Origin: Euryarchaeota archaeon SM23-78
GTDB lineage: Archaea; Nanobdellota; Nanobdellia; Woesearchaeales; SM23-78
Assembly: GCA_001595785.1 (NCBI GenBank)
Contig: LSSJ01000038.1
Span: 3,020 to 67,019 of the forward strand
Reading direction: 5' to 3'
Length of the DNA stretch: 64,000 nt
In this document: in pieces, positions 10,055 through 18,517 of the stretch
Layout of the letters: each line of letters starts with the position of its first letter
Numbering within the stretch: position 1 is the first letter of the stretch
Notes under the pieces: generated by a model
What the model saw: only the letters and a program-made list of their open reading frames with translations
Told to the model about the DNA's origin: nothing
The model's database searches: none
Program-made: the position numbers and the translations under genes

Positions 10055-10407
10055 GATTTGCCTGGATTTTGATTTTGATTGCAGGATTACTTATTACTAC
10101 TGGCTGTTCCAGCCCATATGATAACAGAAGAGGCTTTCCTAACAGGGATGGCATGCCTAACTGGGAGAACATACCTGATAGGGATAGAATGAACAGGAAC
10201 TTTACTTTTGATAATGAGAGCATAAACCAAGTCACTGATTTTTTTGAGAATGCTCAAAGCCAAGAAGAAGTAAGCGAGTACCGCGCTGAGCACATGATGG
10301 AGTGCGGGTATTATTGCAGAGAAATTAATCCTGATAATGAGTTGTGCAGTTTTTTACCACAAAGAAACAGGCCGCCAGGGAACTGGACAAGGCCTGAATT
10401 TGAATAA
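10051..10407 (+). CDS. Small secreted or lipoprotein-like protein
   Basis: 118 aa. The N-terminus MRFAWILILIAGLLITTGCSS is a signal peptide with a Cys. There is a 4-nt overlap with the ATPase gene. Confidence 0.5.
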   Translation: MRFAWILILIAGLLITTGCSSPYDNRRGFPNRDGMPNWENIPDRDRMNRNFTFDNESINQVTDFFENAQSQEEVSEYRAEHMMECGYYCREINPDNELCSFLPQRNRPPGNWTRPEFE

Positions 10408-10438
10408 AAAATAAACAAGATAATGAGGTGCTAAAAAA

Positions 10439-11848
10439 ATGGAAAAGAAATTTGTTTTTGTAAGCCTGATATTAGTTTTAATGATAGGTTTGTTCTCAAA
10501 CTCAGTGTTTGCAGACATTGAGGACATAAAGGACATCACTCTTAGCCTGGTGAATCAGGATCCTGACCCGGCAATCACAGGAGACATTGTAGAGCTAAGG
10601 ATTGGTATGGAAAATCAAGGAGGCGTGGCTGCTGAAAACCTTGTGTTAGAAGTTATTCCTGATTATCCTTTTGAAGAGATCTCGGGCGAAGGACTTGTTC
10701 GGGATGTAGGTACTATACGAGCTTATCAGTCAGGAGAAGACATGAAGATAGTTAAGTTTAAGCTCAGGGTGAACAAGGATGCAACTGAAGGCCAGTATGG
10801 TTTGAAGATATGGGAGTATGAAGAAGGAAAAAGAGAAATATTTAGGACAGAAAGAACCTTTAGTATTGATATTCAGAGCAGGGAGAGTGCTGAGATAATC
10901 TATATTGACAAAGTTCAACTTGTTCCTGGAAGACAAACTCCTATGACTTTTACTATTAATAATGTAGGGTCTGCTCCATTAAGGGATTTGACTTTTTCAT
11001 GGGAGAATGAGGATGACATAGTGCTTCCTGTTGGTTCTGATGATACAAAATACATTAAGTATATTGATATAGGGGAAAGTGTTGAGCTAGAATATGATGT
11101 TATTGCTGATACAAATGCAGACCCTGGCTTGTACAAATTAGACTTACACTTAACTTATGAAGATCCTGCTACAGGAGAAGAAGAGGAGATTTCAACAATT
11201 GCAGGGATATATGTTGGCGGAGAAACTGATTTTGATGTTGCTTTCTCAGAGAGTTCTGGTACTGAAACCTCTTTTAGTATTGCAAACATTGGAAGCAACC
11301 CTGCATATTCTGTTTCAGTAATAATCCCCAAGCAGGATGGTTGGAGAGTTAGTGGTTCAAGCTCTGTTATTATTGGCAACCTGAACAAAGGGGATTACAC
11401 AGTTGCAACTTTTACTCTGCAATCAGCAGCTACAAGGTCTTCTGCCCAGCCTGTTAATAGAAGTAGCATGACCCAGGAACAATTACAAGAATTGATGAGG
11501 CAGCGCCAAGCAGAGCAGGAATCTAACACAGTAAAAGTACAGATTGCTTATACAGACACAATGGGTAGAAGAAATACTATTGAGAAAGAGGTTCAGGTCA
11601 GTATTCAAAGCGCAATTACAACAACAGAAGAAGGAGTGTCTTCGATTACTGATATGAGAGGATTTCAAGGATTTCAGAGAAACAGACCAAGTTTCTTTTC
11701 TCAATACAAATGGTACATTGTTGGTTTAGTAATTTTAGTAATAATAATTCTTGGCTGTGTTTTTTACCTCAAATATAGGAAAGAGAAACTGCTTAATCCC
11801 AAATACAAGTTTAAGGATTTGTTTAGAAAAAAGAAGAAGCAGACATAA
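10439..11848 (+). CDS. Secreted beta-rich (CARDB/COG1361 S-layer-like) protein with C-terminal TM anchor
   Basis: Has a signal peptide and repeated segments such as 'V.L.I.N.G...A.NL.L' and 'TFTINNVGSAPLRDL'. The C-terminus is WYIVGLVILVIIILGCVFYL plus a basic tail. This is the usual partner of MacB-type operons in archaea. Confidence 0.6.
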   Translation: MEKKFVFVSLILVLMIGLFSNSVFADIEDIKDITLSLVNQDPDPAITGDIVELRIGMENQGGVAAENLVLEVIPDYPFEEISGEGLVRDVGTIRAYQSGEDMKIVKFKLRVNKDATEGQYGLKIWEYEEGKREIFRTERTFSIDIQSRESAEIIYIDKVQLVPGRQTPMTFTINNVGSAPLRDLTFSWENEDDIVLPVGSDDTKYIKYIDIGESVELEYDVIADTNADPGLYKLDLHLTYEDPATGEEEEISTIAGIYVGGETDFDVAFSESSGTETSFSIANIGSNPAYSVSVIIPKQDGWRVSGSSSVIIGNLNKGDYTVATFTLQSAATRSSAQPVNRSSMTQEQLQELMRQRQAEQESNTVKVQIAYTDTMGRRNTIEKEVQVSIQSAITTTEEGVSSITDMRGFQGFQRNRPSFFSQYKWYIVGLVILVIIILGCVFYLKYRKEKLLNPKYKFKDLFRKKKKQT

Positions 11849-11854
11849 ATCAAA

Positions 11855-13096
11855 ATGAAGCTAAGAAAATGTCTTAAGCATGCCTTTAATATGGCTATTC
11901 ATAGCAGGCTGAGAAGCTGGCTAACCATAATAGGAATAGTGATTGGCGTAGGTGCTGTTATTGCTATCATGTCAATAGGCGGGGGCATGCAGCAAACATT
12001 AGAAGAGCAGATAGGCGGTCTTGGTAGTGACATACTAACCCTTTCTGCTGGTTACTCCAGAGGATTCAGTATGTTTGGGCCTGGCAGAGATAGAGATGGC
12101 CCTGGGGGAGGTTCAGCAGTAGCTACTGAGGAAGAAATTGTTCTGGGCAGAACAGATTTACAGGCATTAAAAGGCATACCTGATCTTGCTCTTATTGACA
12201 CCAGGATTAGAGGCAATGTTGATGTTTCTTATCTAGGAAAAACAGGTTCTGTGTCATTGACTGGTGTGGACCAAAAAGTGTGGTCCCAGATAACCACAGA
12301 TGAGATAGCAGAGGGAAGAATGCTTGATTCTGCAGACCAGAACGTTGTTGTTATTGGCGGAAGACTGGCAAGCTCTTATTTTGACCAGCCAGTAGGCATC
12401 AACAAGATGCTCACCATTGAGGACAGTGCTTTCAGGGTTGTAGGAATACTAGATGATAATAGCAACAGCATATACATGCCAATCCAGATGGCTTACCAAG
12501 TGCTTGATGATAAAGAGAACGATGTTTATGATTCTATTGTTATTAAGGTAAAGGATGAAGATAATCTGGATGCGACAATTGAGAAAATTGAGAAAAAACT
12601 AATGATAGTAAGACATGTAACTGAGAAGGACAAGGATTTCAGCATTAGTTCAAACAGACAAATGCAGGAGACAAGATCAGAGATGATGTCTTCTATGAAT
12701 GCCTTTCTTGTAGCAATAGCAGCGGTTTCGCTCATAGTGGGTGCTGTTGGCATAGCCAACACCATGTTCACATCAGTACTTGAAAAAACAAAGGATATAG
12801 GAATAATGAAAGCTATCGGCGCAAGGAACAAGGACATCATGATAATCTTTCTTCTTAACGCAGCATTAATAGGGCTTGTTGGTGGACTACTAGGGGTTAT
12901 TTTTGGAACCATACTTTCAGGGTCACTGCCTGCTTTAATGGGAGAAGTAGGAATGCTTCGTGCAGGAACCTTTGTCTCTTTACACTTAGTGTTAATTGGT
13001 TTGTCTGTATCAGTATCTGTTGGAATAGCTGCAGGAATATTCCCTGCTTATAAAGCTTCAAAACTAAAACCCGTGGATGCGTTGCGTTATGAGTAA
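11855..13096 (+). CDS. ABC transporter permease, FtsX/MacB family
   Basis: 413 aa with an N-terminal TM, a large periplasmic-type domain, three C-terminal TMs and an FtsX-like end, ...FPAYKASKLKPVDALRYE. Confidence 0.85.
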   Translation: MKLRKCLKHAFNMAIHSRLRSWLTIIGIVIGVGAVIAIMSIGGGMQQTLEEQIGGLGSDILTLSAGYSRGFSMFGPGRDRDGPGGGSAVATEEEIVLGRTDLQALKGIPDLALIDTRIRGNVDVSYLGKTGSVSLTGVDQKVWSQITTDEIAEGRMLDSADQNVVVIGGRLASSYFDQPVGINKMLTIEDSAFRVVGILDDNSNSIYMPIQMAYQVLDDKENDVYDSIVIKVKDEDNLDATIEKIEKKLMIVRHVTEKDKDFSISSNRQMQETRSEMMSSMNAFLVAIAAVSLIVGAVGIANTMFTSVLEKTKDIGIMKAIGARNKDIMIIFLLNAALIGLVGGLLGVIFGTILSGSLPALMGEVGMLRAGTFVSLHLVLIGLSVSVSVGIAAGIFPAYKASKLKPVDALRYE

Positions 13097-13117
13097 TATC
13101 AGAAAGCCTAAAATAGC

Positions 13118-13149
13118 AACTTTCTTCCTATTCCCGGTCGGCGCATACT
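13118..13149 (+). repeat. Post-stop intergenic motif, family A copy 3
   Basis: CAACTTTCTTCCTATTCCCGGTCGGCGCATACT, 22 nt after the stop at 13096. Confidence 0.6.
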
Positions 13150-13213
13150 TTTTATTTACTAAATCGTAGTTAAATTCGTAATCTTTTTAAATTATTATTT
13201 ATTACGGTGATTT

Positions 13214-13555
13214 ATGATTGATGAAATTTTACTGGAACTGAGGGCTAAAGATAAATTAGGAATTCATGAGAATGATTCTTGTGCGCGTTGTGGTGCGTGT
13301 TGTATATATTTTGACGTAAGAAATGATGATGGTTCAATGCACAGCAAGGCAGGAGAGATTTGCCCGGATTTAGATTATGATTTTAATACTAACATTGCAA
13401 CGTGCACTCTGTACAATGATAAGAGAAGGCCCTCTGAATGTAAAAATTTTGATTATTGTTCTTTAGATCATGTTATCTTTCTGGTTGAAGGCGGGAAACA
13501 TTGGGAGGGATTAAAAGAAACTGCTAAAAGGATGCCTACTTTTTTTAAAAAGTAA
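13214..13555 (+). CDS. YkgJ/UPF0153-type cysteine-cluster protein
   Basis: Contains the CARCGACC (CxxCGxCC) motif plus downstream C..LD and CTLY...RPSECKNF, as in the YkgJ family. Confidence 0.55.
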   Translation: MIDEILLELRAKDKLGIHENDSCARCGACCIYFDVRNDDGSMHSKAGEICPDLDYDFNTNIATCTLYNDKRRPSECKNFDYCSLDHVIFLVEGGKHWEGLKETAKRMPTFFKK

Positions 13556-13572
13556 AAGATGCGCCACTTTAT

Positions 13573-13603
13573 CAACTTTCTTCCTGTTCCTAGTCGGCAC
13601 ATA
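13573..13603 (+). repeat. Post-stop intergenic motif, family A copy 4
   Basis: CAACTTTCTTCCTGTTCCTAGTCGGCACATA, 18 nt after the stop at 13555, between convergent genes. Confidence 0.6.
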
Positions 13604-13605
13604 TT

Positions 13606-14226
13606 TTATTCCAGAATCTTCAACTTTCCAGGTCTTATCTCAAATATCTCTCCTTCTTCTATGAGTTTTCCTACTAATTCTTCTGCATTAGGAGCACCAC
13701 TCCTCTTCTTTACTTCTTCTATATCTGCCCCGTAACCAGCATCAAGGTCTTTTATGAATCCAAGGATTTTTTGAAAATAATTAATAGGCTGGGCTTCTTC
13801 TTTTATCAGGACTCTGGTCTCTGGTACTTTTCTTTTTTTCTTTATCTTTTTTTTAATAATCTCAAGTTGTAACTGTCTATAAGCCCCCCATTTCTGGTCA
13901 ACCTTTCTTATTATCTCTGGCAAAACATATTTCTCCTCATTATAAACCCTCGGTCTTCCAATAACCAACACCAAGTCCCCTATGTTTAAGTCTTGGAAAG
14001 TAACTGTGTCAAAGCTTCTGAGCAGAATCCTTCCGCTGCCATCATCAATAAGTATTCCTCCACTAGGCTCCTTACTTATCAACACACCCACCAGATTAAC
14101 CCTTGAGATGTCTCCTAAATCAGTCGAGAAATAACTAGGATTCCAGCCTTCTGTCCTAATAAAGCTGCCTCTGAGCAAGTCATCAATCATGCAGATGATG
14201 GCGGTTTCTCTCTTTATCTGTGGCAT
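13606..14226 (-). CDS. OB-fold protein with C-terminal winged helix (RPA32/Stn1-like architecture)
   Basis: The central segment RVNLVGVLIS...ILIDDGSGRILLRSF...GDLVLVIGRPRVY looks like an OB fold. The C-terminus, RSGAPNAEELVGKLIEEGEIFEIRPGKLKIL, looks like a wH. It sits directly downstream of mcm on the same strand. Confidence 0.45.
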   Translation of the reverse strand: MPQIKRETAIICMIDDLLRGSFIRTEGWNPSYFSTDLGDISRVNLVGVLISKEPSGGILIDDGSGRILLRSFDTVTFQDLNIGDLVLVIGRPRVYNEEKYVLPEIIRKVDQKWGAYRQLQLEIIKKKIKKKRKVPETRVLIKEEAQPINYFQKILGFIKDLDAGYGADIEEVKKRSGAPNAEELVGKLIEEGEIFEIRPGKLKILE

Positions 14227-14266
14227 AATCCCCCTCAGTTTTTCGCCCGTTCGCTACGCTCACTCC

Positions 14267-14400
14267 CAAAAACCGTCAAAAACATGGTTTTTGTGGGTCC
14301 AAAAATGCTTTGCATTTTTGAGACCTGGGAAAAGGCAGGCGACTCCTAGTCAATGCTCAGAAGCAGAGCTTCTGGCATCGCAAAAACCAGAAGTTTTTGC
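14267..14400 (-). other. Hairpin-rich GC-elevated spacer between mcm and the OB-fold gene (possible sRNA or structured 5' leader)
   Basis: Four stem-loops: 14267-14293 (CAAAAACC/GGTTTTTG), 14300-14320 (CAAAAATGC-TTT-GCATTTTTG), 14358-14374 (CAGAAGC-AGA-GCTTCTG) and 14380-14400 (GCAAAAAC-CAGAA-GTTTTTGC). Confidence 0.4.
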
Positions 14401-14432
14401 TGAAAACGACCGGAGCCCCCTTATTAAAATAA

Positions 14433-16457
14433 TCATATTTTTGATATAACCCCGTGCCTTGGACTAAATATATCTCCTGTTCGTTTTAGTTTTTCAATAA
14501 CCTCGTCTACTTTATCTTTTTCTATGCCTTTTATCTCTGCTTCTCTCTCAACATCTTCCATAGGAACGGCTTTTCCAAGCACTTTTTCAAGCTCATTAAT
14601 GATTTCTCTAATAATGGCTATCTCGTTTCTTTGAACAGCACTAATGCCTGTGACTAATCTGTCAATATCAATCTTGCCTGTTTCTGGGTCAAGACCTATC
14701 TGGGATAAGCAGTAGTGCACAAGTTCAATAGCTCTTTTAGCATCTTTTTTAAGTACTTTGTCTCTTAGCTCTGTTCTTGCACTGGCCTCGCTAAGCCTTA
14801 TTAGGGCTTCTAATTGTCGAGGACTTATAGGAATGGCTCTGATGGCTTCTTCTTTTTCTCCTATGTTACGCATGTTCACAAAGAAGTCTTGGATTTCTTT
14901 TCGTGCAGGGTCTGTTATTTTTGGATGAATATTTCTTCTTGCATAAGATACATATTTCTTTATCATCTCAGAGTTAACCTCTGTTTCTCTTCTCTCTGCG
15001 CTTTGATGTAGGTGCAGGATAAAGCTTGCCAGTTTATCATCATTCTCCTTATTTGGCAAGTCACGCATTGGAAAGATAAGGTCAAAACGATTAAGCAGGG
15101 TTGTTGGGAGCTCTATCTGCTTTGCAATCAGCTCATAAGGATCAAACCTTCCAAACTTGGGATTAGCAGCTGCTAGCACAGTGGTCTCTGCTTTTAGAGT
15201 TGCCTGAATATTAGCCTTACTAATGGTTATGGTTTGTTGCTCTAATCCTTCGTGCATAGCGCTCTGGTCTTCCTGTGTCATCTTGTCTAGTTCGTCAATA
15301 CAACAAATGCCTTTGTTTGTTAGGACAAGAGCTCCTGCTTCTAAGGCCCAGCCTCTTAAGAACTCATCCTTAACAACAGTTGCTGTTAGCCCTGCGCCTG
15401 TTGCTCCTTTTCCACTCACATACCTGCTCTTAGGAGCAACCACACTAATCCTTTTTAAAATTTGACTTTTCCCACTGCCAGGGTCACCTATAAGCAAAAT
15501 ATGAATGTCTCCTCGGGTAACATCTCCTCTATCTCTTTTTTTAATCACTCCTCCAAACATTTGCAGAAGCAAGGCTTCTTTTACTTTTTCATAACCATAA
15601 ATACTGGGTGCCAAGGAGTCTCTTAGTTTTTCAAAAATCCTTTTATCCTTACTCATCTCAAGAATCTTTTTTTCTTCTTCCTCACTAATCTCTATCTCAT
15701 AAAAGTCTTCTTGTATTGGCTCAACATTGTTAGCATCACTGAACAAGTCAAAACGAGTAGTCCTTACACCCCCAATCTCTATAGGAACCTCTTTTATAAC
15801 GCCTCCCACCAGTATTTTGCTTCCAGGATTGGTTTTTTTATCACTCATAGGACTAACCAAGTCGCTTTTTAAAAAAACATTCAATCTTTTTGGTTGTTCT
15901 CCTCCTTCTAAATCTTCAGGAGCTTCTTCTAACACTAGCTTTTGAGCATCTACAAGCTCTTTTGAGATAAGCCTGAACTTTCCTCTTCGGCCACAACTAC
16001 ACCTGCTGGGTTCTTTGAACTTAGTGTCTAGTTGAAGCACGGTTATGATGTTTCCACAACTAGGACACTCAAACCTGGCACTTGTAACCTGAGGTCTTAC
16101 ATCACTCTTCTGCCTTACCAAGCCTTCTATCTCTATTAGTTTTCCAATATCACTGCTCCTAATGTTTCTTATCTGGCTTTTCTGAGAAGCAGGTAGATTA
16201 TAGAATCTGACTTTAAAGTTCTTGGTATCCCCTTCAATATCAAAACTATCAATGGCTAGCTCAGCAGCCTTAACAGTTTCTTCTGGTTTCTCAAGCAAGA
16301 GCTCTGCTAGTTCAGGATTAAACTTGGATAAAGCATTAAAATCTATTTTAAGAAACTTGTGTCCTTTATTCACCTGGCTAAGCAAGTCCTTGTAGTACTC
16401 TGTTTCTATGAATTTGTAAAACAGGTTTATTTGTTCTGAAACATCCACCTCAACCAC
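14433..16457 (-). CDS. mcm: MCM replicative helicase
   Basis: 674 aa with zinc motif CPSCG...CSCG, Walker A GDPGSGKSQ, Walker B CCIDELDKM, the arginine finger region SRFDLIF and a C-terminal wH. No intein. Confidence 0.95.
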   Translation of the reverse strand: MVEVDVSEQINLFYKFIETEYYKDLLSQVNKGHKFLKIDFNALSKFNPELAELLLEKPEETVKAAELAIDSFDIEGDTKNFKVRFYNLPASQKSQIRNIRSSDIGKLIEIEGLVRQKSDVRPQVTSARFECPSCGNIITVLQLDTKFKEPSRCSCGRRGKFRLISKELVDAQKLVLEEAPEDLEGGEQPKRLNVFLKSDLVSPMSDKKTNPGSKILVGGVIKEVPIEIGGVRTTRFDLFSDANNVEPIQEDFYEIEISEEEEKKILEMSKDKRIFEKLRDSLAPSIYGYEKVKEALLLQMFGGVIKKRDRGDVTRGDIHILLIGDPGSGKSQILKRISVVAPKSRYVSGKGATGAGLTATVVKDEFLRGWALEAGALVLTNKGICCIDELDKMTQEDQSAMHEGLEQQTITISKANIQATLKAETTVLAAANPKFGRFDPYELIAKQIELPTTLLNRFDLIFPMRDLPNKENDDKLASFILHLHQSAERRETEVNSEMIKKYVSYARRNIHPKITDPARKEIQDFFVNMRNIGEKEEAIRAIPISPRQLEALIRLSEASARTELRDKVLKKDAKRAIELVHYCLSQIGLDPETGKIDIDRLVTGISAVQRNEIAIIREIINELEKVLGKAVPMEDVEREAEIKGIEKDKVDEVIEKLKRTGDIFSPRHGVISKI

Positions 16458-16538
16458 CCGTTGGCTTATAAAAAAAGTATTAATATAAAAAATCTTTGCA
16501 AAAAAAATTGAAAATATTTTGCTTTATCTAGCTTTTTT

Positions 16539-17483
16539 TCACTTAACTGCTTTTAGGGTTTCTACTAGTTTATCAAGAGCAGCATGCACCTCTTCCTCTG
16601 ACTTGGTGCCTGTGCACACCACCTTTCCATTACTGAACAACAAGAAAGTTGCTTTGGCTTCCATTAACTTATAGACAAGACCTGGGAACTGCTCTGGCTC
16701 ATACTCTGTGTTGTCAAGCTTCATTGCAAGAACATTAAGATTAAGATCCATGCCAATATTACCACTAGCAACAATGTTCTGGATATTAATCTTAGGAGTG
16801 ACAGTTATGTTTATACCAATCTTTTTTAAGCTGTCAATAATCCTAGTAATGCTCTCATGAACCTTGTCCATGCTCCTAGCTCCTGTGCACACCACTTTTC
16901 CAGAGCTAAAAATGAGAGCAGACGTCTTAGGATCCTTTATTCTAATAACAAGGCCTGGGAACTGTTCAGGATTATACTCTGTGTTACTAAGAGTAGCAGC
17001 CATTTTTTCAAGAGGAATATCATGTTCTAAGCTAGTAGAAACAACAATGTTAACCACGCGAATATCTCTTGGGCCTGCTTCTGCATATTTTTCAGGAACT
17101 TCTTTCTCAGGCACCTCTGCTTTTCTTTTTCTTACTGCTTTCTTTTTCACATCTTTCCTAACAGGTTTTCTGGCTTTTTTTGGTTTGACTTTTTTCTTTT
17201 TCAACACTTTCTTCTTTGCAGCTTTTTTCTTTACTTTCTTTTTTGCTACTTTTTTCTTTGCTTTTTTAACTGTTTTTTTCTTTACAACCTTTTTCTTTAC
17301 TTTCTTTTTTGCTACTTTTTTCTTTGCTTTTTTAACTGTTTTTTTCTTTACAACCTTTTTCTTTACTACTTTCTTTTTCTCCTTTTTTGCAACTTTTTTC
17401 TTAACAGCTTTTTTCTTTTTAGCCTTCTTTTTAACTGTTTTTTTCCTTGGTTTTTTCTTTGCAACCTTTTTCTTTTTTGCCAT
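16539..17483 (-). CDS. tbp: TATA-box binding protein with a ~135-aa lysine-rich N-terminal extension
   Basis: The C-terminal ~180 aa contain two TBP repeats (NIVVSTSLEHDIPLEKMA...YNPEQFPGLVIRI...SGKVVCTGARS and NIVASGNIGMDLNLNVLA...YEPEQFPGLVYKL...NGKVVCTGTKS). The N-terminus is KKKVAKKK-type low complexity. GGGAGGG precedes the ATG. Confidence 0.9.
   Translation of the reverse strand: MAKKKKVAKKKPRKKTVKKKAKKKKAVKKKVAKKEKKKVVKKKVVKKKTVKKAKKKVAKKKVKKKVVKKKTVKKAKKKVAKKKVKKKAAKKKVLKKKKVKPKKARKPVRKDVKKKAVRKRKAEVPEKEVPEKYAEAGPRDIRVVNIVVSTSLEHDIPLEKMAATLSNTEYNPEQFPGLVIRIKDPKTSALIFSSGKVVCTGARSMDKVHESITRIIDSLKKIGINITVTPKINIQNIVASGNIGMDLNLNVLAMKLDNTEYEPEQFPGLVYKLMEAKATFLLFSNGKVVCTGTKSEEEVHAALDKLVETLKAVK
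17229..17360 (-). repeat. Perfect 66-nt tandem duplication inside the lysine-rich tbp extension
   Basis: 17229-17294 and 17295-17360 are identical base for base. Each encodes the same 22-aa K-rich unit in the tbp reading frame (the block ...VVKKKTVKKAKKKVAKKKVKKK... occurs twice in the translation). Confidence 0.9.
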
Positions 17484-17522
17484 TGAAAATCCCTCCCGGG
17501 CTTTTAGTCGAGAGCTTTATAA

Positions 17523-17538
17523 ACCCTTTATAAAGGGT
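17523..17538. promoter_or_regulatory. Palindromic TATA element ACCCTTTATAAAGGGT upstream of tbp
   Basis: Perfect 16-nt palindrome centred on TTTATAAA, 40-55 nt upstream of the tbp ATG (17483). A second TTTATAAA lies at 17551-17558. Confidence 0.4.
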
Positions 17539-17898
17539 AAAAATAGGGTATTTATAAATGCTTTTATCTTAAAAAATAACCTTGACAAAGGATATATTAA
17601 AAAACATAAGCCCCCATGGTTTCCTATGGAAACCGGCTTTTCAAGGCTTATTAAAGCATAAAAAAGGGAAAAACATCCTTTCCTCCCCCATAACACCCCC
17701 TTATTTCAACTGGAAACAAGCCTGTTTTGAGCTTATTTTACTTGTTTTTACCTTTGTTTTTATTTTTGCTTTTTACTTTTTTTCTTTCTATCTTTGCTTT
17801 TCCTTTTTCTTTCTTTTTTTGCTTTTTCTTGTTGAAGTTCCAGACCTTCCATAAAATTTATAAACTCCACAGTAATAACAAAATTAAGTGGGCATAAA

Positions 17899-18435
17899 AT
17901 GCCAGTAATAGCAAAGTTAAATCAAGAAAGAATAGAAAGGCTTCAGGACGTATTGGGTCATGTAGCTGTGAAAGGTCTTACAAAATTAATTGCTTCTGAA
18001 GGTATAAGAATGGGAAGGCCTTTTTTCCTAGATAGAGATAAATGGGAGAATAAAGAGGATAAGAGATATTGGAAATATATGGAAACAGTATGGGTTCCTG
18101 GAGACCTGGTTCGTGAAAATGGAAAACCATTACATATTATTACAGCTTATCAACCAGTATTTAGAAGAATGCCTGTTGCAAAAGAAGAGACATATGCTCA
18201 GTTAAGAGATAGAATAGCAAAAGAAACAGGTATGTTGGCAAATTATGTTATGGAACAAACAAGTAAAGAAGTTAATGCTTTTCATCTCTCAAACCTTGAC
18301 ATGGAATATGTTATGAGTGACTCAGCTAAAGAAAGCATAGGCTTAGTAGGAGACGGCATTTTTCTTAACCCAAAAGAAGCTTTTGAGCCAAGAGCAACCT
18401 TTCTTACCTCTTTCTATGAGATTAAAAACCAATAA
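17899..18435 (+). CDS. Hypothetical protein
   Basis: 178-aa ORF. TTTATAAA lies about 35 nt upstream. No family recognised. Confidence 0.5.
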   Translation: MPVIAKLNQERIERLQDVLGHVAVKGLTKLIASEGIRMGRPFFLDRDKWENKEDKRYWKYMETVWVPGDLVRENGKPLHIITAYQPVFRRMPVAKEETYAQLRDRIAKETGMLANYVMEQTSKEVNAFHLSNLDMEYVMSDSAKESIGLVGDGIFLNPKEAFEPRATFLTSFYEIKNQ

Positions 18436-18517
18436 ACCTAGCAAAACTGATAAAGTAAAAGTAATTAATAAAAAAATCAATAAGTTTAATAAATAAAAAA
18501 AGCTTCTTTTCTTTACC

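Noticed and set aside
16864-17661. A 265-aa plus-strand ORF rich in Phe (FFFTFFF...) lies opposite tbp.
   Set aside because: It is the antisense reading of the AAG/AAA-rich lysine repeat and has no coding features of its own. Other antisense ORFs inside long genes were discarded for the same reason, for example 35237-35728, 53457-53960, 41906-42376 and 18718-19191.
17761-17853. A 30-codon lysine-rich minus-strand mini-ORF (MEGLELQQEKAKKERKRKSKDRKKKSKKQK*) lies in the T-rich tract upstream of tbp.
   Set aside because: It is very short and low-complexity, with no SD. Its ATG abuts the TTTATAAA box, which more plausibly serves the plus-strand gene at 17899. It is probably a decayed echo of the K-rich repeat.
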